A DNA stretch of 39,261 nucleotides from NCBI GenBank assembly GCA_011388305.1, contig DSAF01000088.1:1-39261 (forward strand), given 5' to 3'. Within the stretch, counting starts at the first letter, position 1, and every line of letters begins with the position of its first letter. Source of the DNA: Candidatus Zixiibacteriota bacterium (GTDB lineage: Bacteria; UBP14; UBA6098). Made by a program: the position numbers and the translations under genes. Of this stretch, positions 35,912 to 39,261 are shown piece after piece. Below the pieces are notes generated by a model that did not search any database, had not been told where the DNA came from, and saw only the letters and a program-made list of their open reading frames with translations.

Positions 35912-36951
35912 TAGGCGATTTCATTAACAGAACCGCGAATGTCATCTTCGGGCCTCTGGTTGACGGCTTCTTAGATTTCGCTTCGCCGTGGTGGTTCCTG
36001 CTGATTCCTGTTGTCCTCGCACTTTTTGTGTGGCGTCGTCGTCGTCGCGGAGGCTCACTAAGATACTCGAATGTCGGCCTTCTGAAAGGCGCACGCCCAT
36101 CGGCGAGGGTGATGATTTTTGGCGCGCTGGCGTGGCTGGAGTTATTCGGCCTAATTTTTCTTTCTCTCGCCGCGGCGAGGCCCCGGGCGGGCAGTGTCCG
36201 TCAAACAACGTTCACCGAGGGCATAGATATTATGATAGTGCTCGACATATCCGGCTCGATGCGCGCCCTCGATTTCAAACCCAAAAACCGGATTGAGGCA
36301 TCGAAGATGGTCGCGGGAGAATTCATCAAAGGCAGGTCGAATGACAGAATCGGCCTCGTCGTTTTTGCGGGGAGGGCTTTCACGCAATGCCCGCTAACGC
36401 TCGACTACGGAGTCCTTCTCGAGTTCCTCGACGGCGTGGAGATTGGCCAAATCGAGGATGGAACCGCAATCGGAACGGCAATAGCCACCGGCGCTGACCG
36501 CCTTCGAGATTCAAGTGCAAAATCGAAGGTTATCATTCTTCTCACCGATGGTGTCAACAATCGCGGAGAGATCGACCCGATGACAGCCGCTCAGCTCGCT
36601 AAGGCACTGGGCATAAAGGTTTACACTATCGGCGCAGGACGCCCGGGACATGCGATGTTCCCCGTTGAGGACCCAATTTTCGGCACGCGGCACGTCCGTA
36701 TGGATGTCGAAATCGATGAAGAGAGCCTTACACAAATTGCGAGTCTCACAGGCGGCCAATACTTCCGGGCAACGGACACCGACGGATTGAGGAAAATATT
36801 TGGGGAAATCGACCAGATGGAGAAAACTAAAATAGAAGTGGATGAGTTCACTCAATATCGTGAGCTTTTCCCTTTCTTCCTCGTGATTGGCGCACTATTG
36901 TTGCTGGCCGATATTTTCTTGAGCAACACGCTATTCAGGAAGTTGCCGTAA
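35908..36951 (+). CDS. batA: BatA vWA-domain protein
   Basis: FASPWW, AARP, MIDAS DISGSM, DRIGLVVFAG, GTAIGTAI, LLTDGVNN, TGGQYFRA. Confidence 0.93.
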   Translation: MIGDFINRTANVIFGPLVDGFLDFASPWWFLLIPVVLALFVWRRRRRGGSLRYSNVGLLKGARPSARVMIFGALAWLELFGLIFLSLAAARPRAGSVRQTTFTEGIDIMIVLDISGSMRALDFKPKNRIEASKMVAGEFIKGRSNDRIGLVVFAGRAFTQCPLTLDYGVLLEFLDGVEIGQIEDGTAIGTAIATGADRLRDSSAKSKVIILLTDGVNNRGEIDPMTAAQLAKALGIKVYTIGAGRPGHAMFPVEDPIFGTRHVRMDVEIDEESLTQIASLTGGQYFRATDTDGLRKIFGEIDQMEKTKIEVDEFTQYRELFPFFLVIGALLLLADIFLSNTLFRKLP

Positions 36952-37769
36952 TGAGACTGTCCCAAGCTGAAATAGAGCGCTTTTTCGACAATCCGCTCAA
37001 GCGGAGGGAGCACGAACGCGAGCACGACGCCCGTGAGGCCGAGCATTTTGATGCCGAGGCGGATAGATTTATCGCAGATGAAAGCGAGCGAGCGCTTTAT
37101 GTCGATTTCGATGAACCCCTGCCGCCGAGGCACAGGGCGTTTTGGATTGCCGTCGGGCGTGTCGAGGGCAAGCGCGTTCTGGATGTCGGTTGCGGATACG
37201 GCTATGCGTCTGCGAGGCTTGCGCTCTGTGGCGCGGAGGTGACCGCAATCGATGTGTCGCCGAAGATGTGTGAGCTGACGCGCCGCTCCGCCGAGCTTAA
37301 CGGCGTGGATGTCGATGTTCTCTGCGCCAGCGCGTCGGACACCGGCCTTCAGGATGAATCGTTCGACCTTGTCGTGGGGCAAGTTTCGTTGCACCATCTA
37401 ACGCTCGAAACGGCGGGGCCGGAACTGGCGCGCGTTCTGCGCCCGGGAGGAAGGGCGATATTCCTCGAGCCTTTGCAGGTGGGGAAGTTCTTCCTCAAAC
37501 TGCGTAGTCTCGTGCCCGTGCCATGCAAGGAATCCCCCGGCGGCGGCGCGCTCCGGCGTGAAGAAATCGCCGCTCTCGGGGAAATCTTCGGCGATGTGAA
37601 AATGCGCCCCTTCGGCATTGTCGAGAGGCTTCGGCGCGTGAAAGCGCTATCTGCCTTATCACCGCTATTATACGCCGTTGACGGCGCGCTGTTAGCTATT
37701 CCCGGCGCGAATAAGTTCGCCGCTCAAGCATTGATAGTGTTCACCAAAAACCATAACGAACATGTTTAG
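36951..37769 (+). CDS. Class I SAM-dependent methyltransferase
   Basis: VLDVGCGYG, IDVS, FDLVVG, LHHL, RVLRPGG; overlaps batA (TAATG) and batB. Confidence 0.92.
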   Translation: MRLSQAEIERFFDNPLKRREHEREHDAREAEHFDAEADRFIADESERALYVDFDEPLPPRHRAFWIAVGRVEGKRVLDVGCGYGYASARLALCGAEVTAIDVSPKMCELTRRSAELNGVDVDVLCASASDTGLQDESFDLVVGQVSLHHLTLETAGPELARVLRPGGRAIFLEPLQVGKFFLKLRSLVPVPCKESPGGGALRREEIAALGEIFGDVKMRPFGIVERLRRVKALSALSPLLYAVDGALLAIPGANKFAAQALIVFTKNHNEHV

Positions 37770-38811
37770 ATTTGCAAGTCAATCGGCTTTCTTTTTTCTT
37801 TTGGGCGTGCCGCTATTGGTGATATTCTTCTGGCTCGTCGAGCTTCGCAAACGAAGCCTTCTGGCGCGTTTCGGCGAAATCGAACTCGTTCAGAGGCTCA
37901 CCGCCAGCCGAAGCCGCGGGCTACTCATCGCGCGGAGGACGCTATTCATTGCAGGATATGCACTTCTCGTCCTCGCCATGGCAAGACCGCAACTCGGCAC
38001 GCGCCTCGAGGAAGTCAAGCGTGAGGGTATCGACATCATCGTGGCGATTGATGTCTCGCGCTCGATGCATGCCGAGGACATCGCCCCGAGCAGAATGGCC
38101 AAGGCGCGGTTCGAGCTGAAAAATCTGATAGATAAATTGCGAGGCGATAGGATAGGCATAGTCCCGTTCGCCGGCGATGCCTTCTTGCAATGCCCGCTGA
38201 CCACCGACTACGGCACCGCCAAGATGATACTCGACGCCATCGATGTCGGCGTCATTCCGGAGCCGGGGACGGCTATAGGCAGGGCAATCGAAATCGCAAG
38301 CAAGGGCTTTACGACATCCGAAGGCCGCGCTAAGGTCATCCTACTGCTCACCGACGGCGAGGACAACGAGGGCAGTGCGCTCCCTGCCGCGAAGGCCGCC
38401 GCCGAGGAGGGCATAATAATTTACACTATCGGTATCGGCACGCCAACGGGCGTCCCCATTCCAACATTTGACCGCTACGGCAATCGCACGGGTTATATCC
38501 GCAATTCTGCCGGCGAGATAGTCACCAGCAGGCTCGACGAGGAAACGCTCCAGCGAATCGCGATGGAGACCGGCGGCAAGTATTATCCGGCGCGCCCCGG
38601 TTCGGCGGAGCTTAACGAAATTATCAAAGCCATATCCGGCATGGAGAAGTCCGAAATCGACGCGAGAATTTTCACAAACTATGAGGATCGTTTCCAATGG
38701 TTTCTCATTCCGGCATTACTGCTCTTTCTAATCGCGGGGGCTTTGCCGGAACGGCGCAAGGTCAAGCCGGAAATGCTCTCTCGCTGGGCAGATGCAAACA
38801 CGACCGAATAG
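37762..38811 (+). CDS. batB: BatB vWA-domain protein
   Basis: MFRFA, MARPQLG, DVSRSMHAEDIAPSR, FAGDAFLQCPLTTDY, LTDGED, IGTPTGVPIP, VTSRLDE. Confidence 0.93.
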   Translation: MFRFASQSAFFFLLGVPLLVIFFWLVELRKRSLLARFGEIELVQRLTASRSRGLLIARRTLFIAGYALLVLAMARPQLGTRLEEVKREGIDIIVAIDVSRSMHAEDIAPSRMAKARFELKNLIDKLRGDRIGIVPFAGDAFLQCPLTTDYGTAKMILDAIDVGVIPEPGTAIGRAIEIASKGFTTSEGRAKVILLLTDGEDNEGSALPAAKAAAEEGIIIYTIGIGTPTGVPIPTFDRYGNRTGYIRNSAGEIVTSRLDEETLQRIAMETGGKYYPARPGSAELNEIIKAISGMEKSEIDARIFTNYEDRFQWFLIPALLLFLIAGALPERRKVKPEMLSRWADANTTE

Positions 38812-38817
38812 AGGTTA

Positions 38818-39261
38818 ATGAGTATCCAAAACAGCATAAAAAACTGGGCGATAGACACTTATAAAACCACTATGCGTATTTATAAGCGCTTCACCGCCGA
38901 TGACGGCATGACGACCGCCGGAGCTTTGAGCTTCTATTTTCTTATGAGCATCCTCCCGATGACGCTACTTGGGCTTTCGATCTTTGGGTATATTCTCGGA
39001 AGCCCGACGGCGGCGGTTTCCGCGATAACGACCTTTGGCAAAATCGACCAGATTTTCCCCGAAGGGACGCTGGATGTCGAGGGAATCCTCGCCGATTTGG
39101 TGATGGGCAAGCAAGTAATCGGAATAATCGGGCTTCTTATGTTGCTGTGGTTCTCCGGAAGCGTGTTCGAGACGGTGGAACACACTGTCAACAGGGTTTT
39201 CAGAGTGACGGTCAAGCGCGGCTTCATCCGAAGAACACTCATTATATACTCTTTCTTGCTC
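38818..39261 (+). CDS. YihY/BrkB family inner membrane protein, truncated by the window end
   Basis: Manual translation MSIQNSIKNW...DDGMTTAGALSFYFLMSILP...LLWFSGSVFETVEHTVNRVF; open to the end; SD GAGG. Confidence 0.85.
   Translation, partial: MSIQNSIKNWAIDTYKTTMRIYKRFTADDGMTTAGALSFYFLMSILPMTLLGLSIFGYILGSPTAAVSAITTFGKIDQIFPEGTLDVEGILADLVMGKQVIGIIGLLMLLWFSGSVFETVEHTVNRVFRVTVKRGFIRRTLIIYSFLL

Overview
A GC-rich chromosomal window from a diderm bacterium (TolC, OmpA and lipoproteins are present; the gene content is FCB-group-like, but the lineage cannot be fixed from sequence alone). In order it holds: an exported cyclophilin and a SagB/ThcOx nitroreductase; prfA, DUF1385 and an rpmH-rnpA-yidD-yidC-mnmE block divergent from ftsY, with no dnaA; a YCF48/BNR-repeat lipoprotein; a polyproline micro-ORF coupled to a DUF2007-like gene; an orphan hypC coupled to ribD; a PD40-OmpA protein; a TPR-TPR-histidine kinase operon; a structured ORF-free gap; a secreted His/Cys-rich protein; a GT2 glycosyltransferase; a TetR-TolC-MFP-RND efflux operon; a receiver domain with degP; and a moxR-DUF58-batA-batB operon interleaved with GGDEF, OMP-like, foldase-like and methyltransferase genes, ending in a truncated YihY gene. 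I saw no CRISPR array, rRNA, tRNA, transposase or phage genes. The most unusual signals are non-coding: (1) two ~140-150 bp four-way-junction elements of shared architecture that flank the RND operon in inverted orientation; (2) inverted heptamer arrays bracketing DUF58; (3) an orphan terminator behind a structured ORF-free region; (4) REP/MITE-like palindromes; (5) a bias toward 16-bp promoter spacers, with several apparently leaderless genes. All family assignments come from motif recognition by eye; no database search was run.
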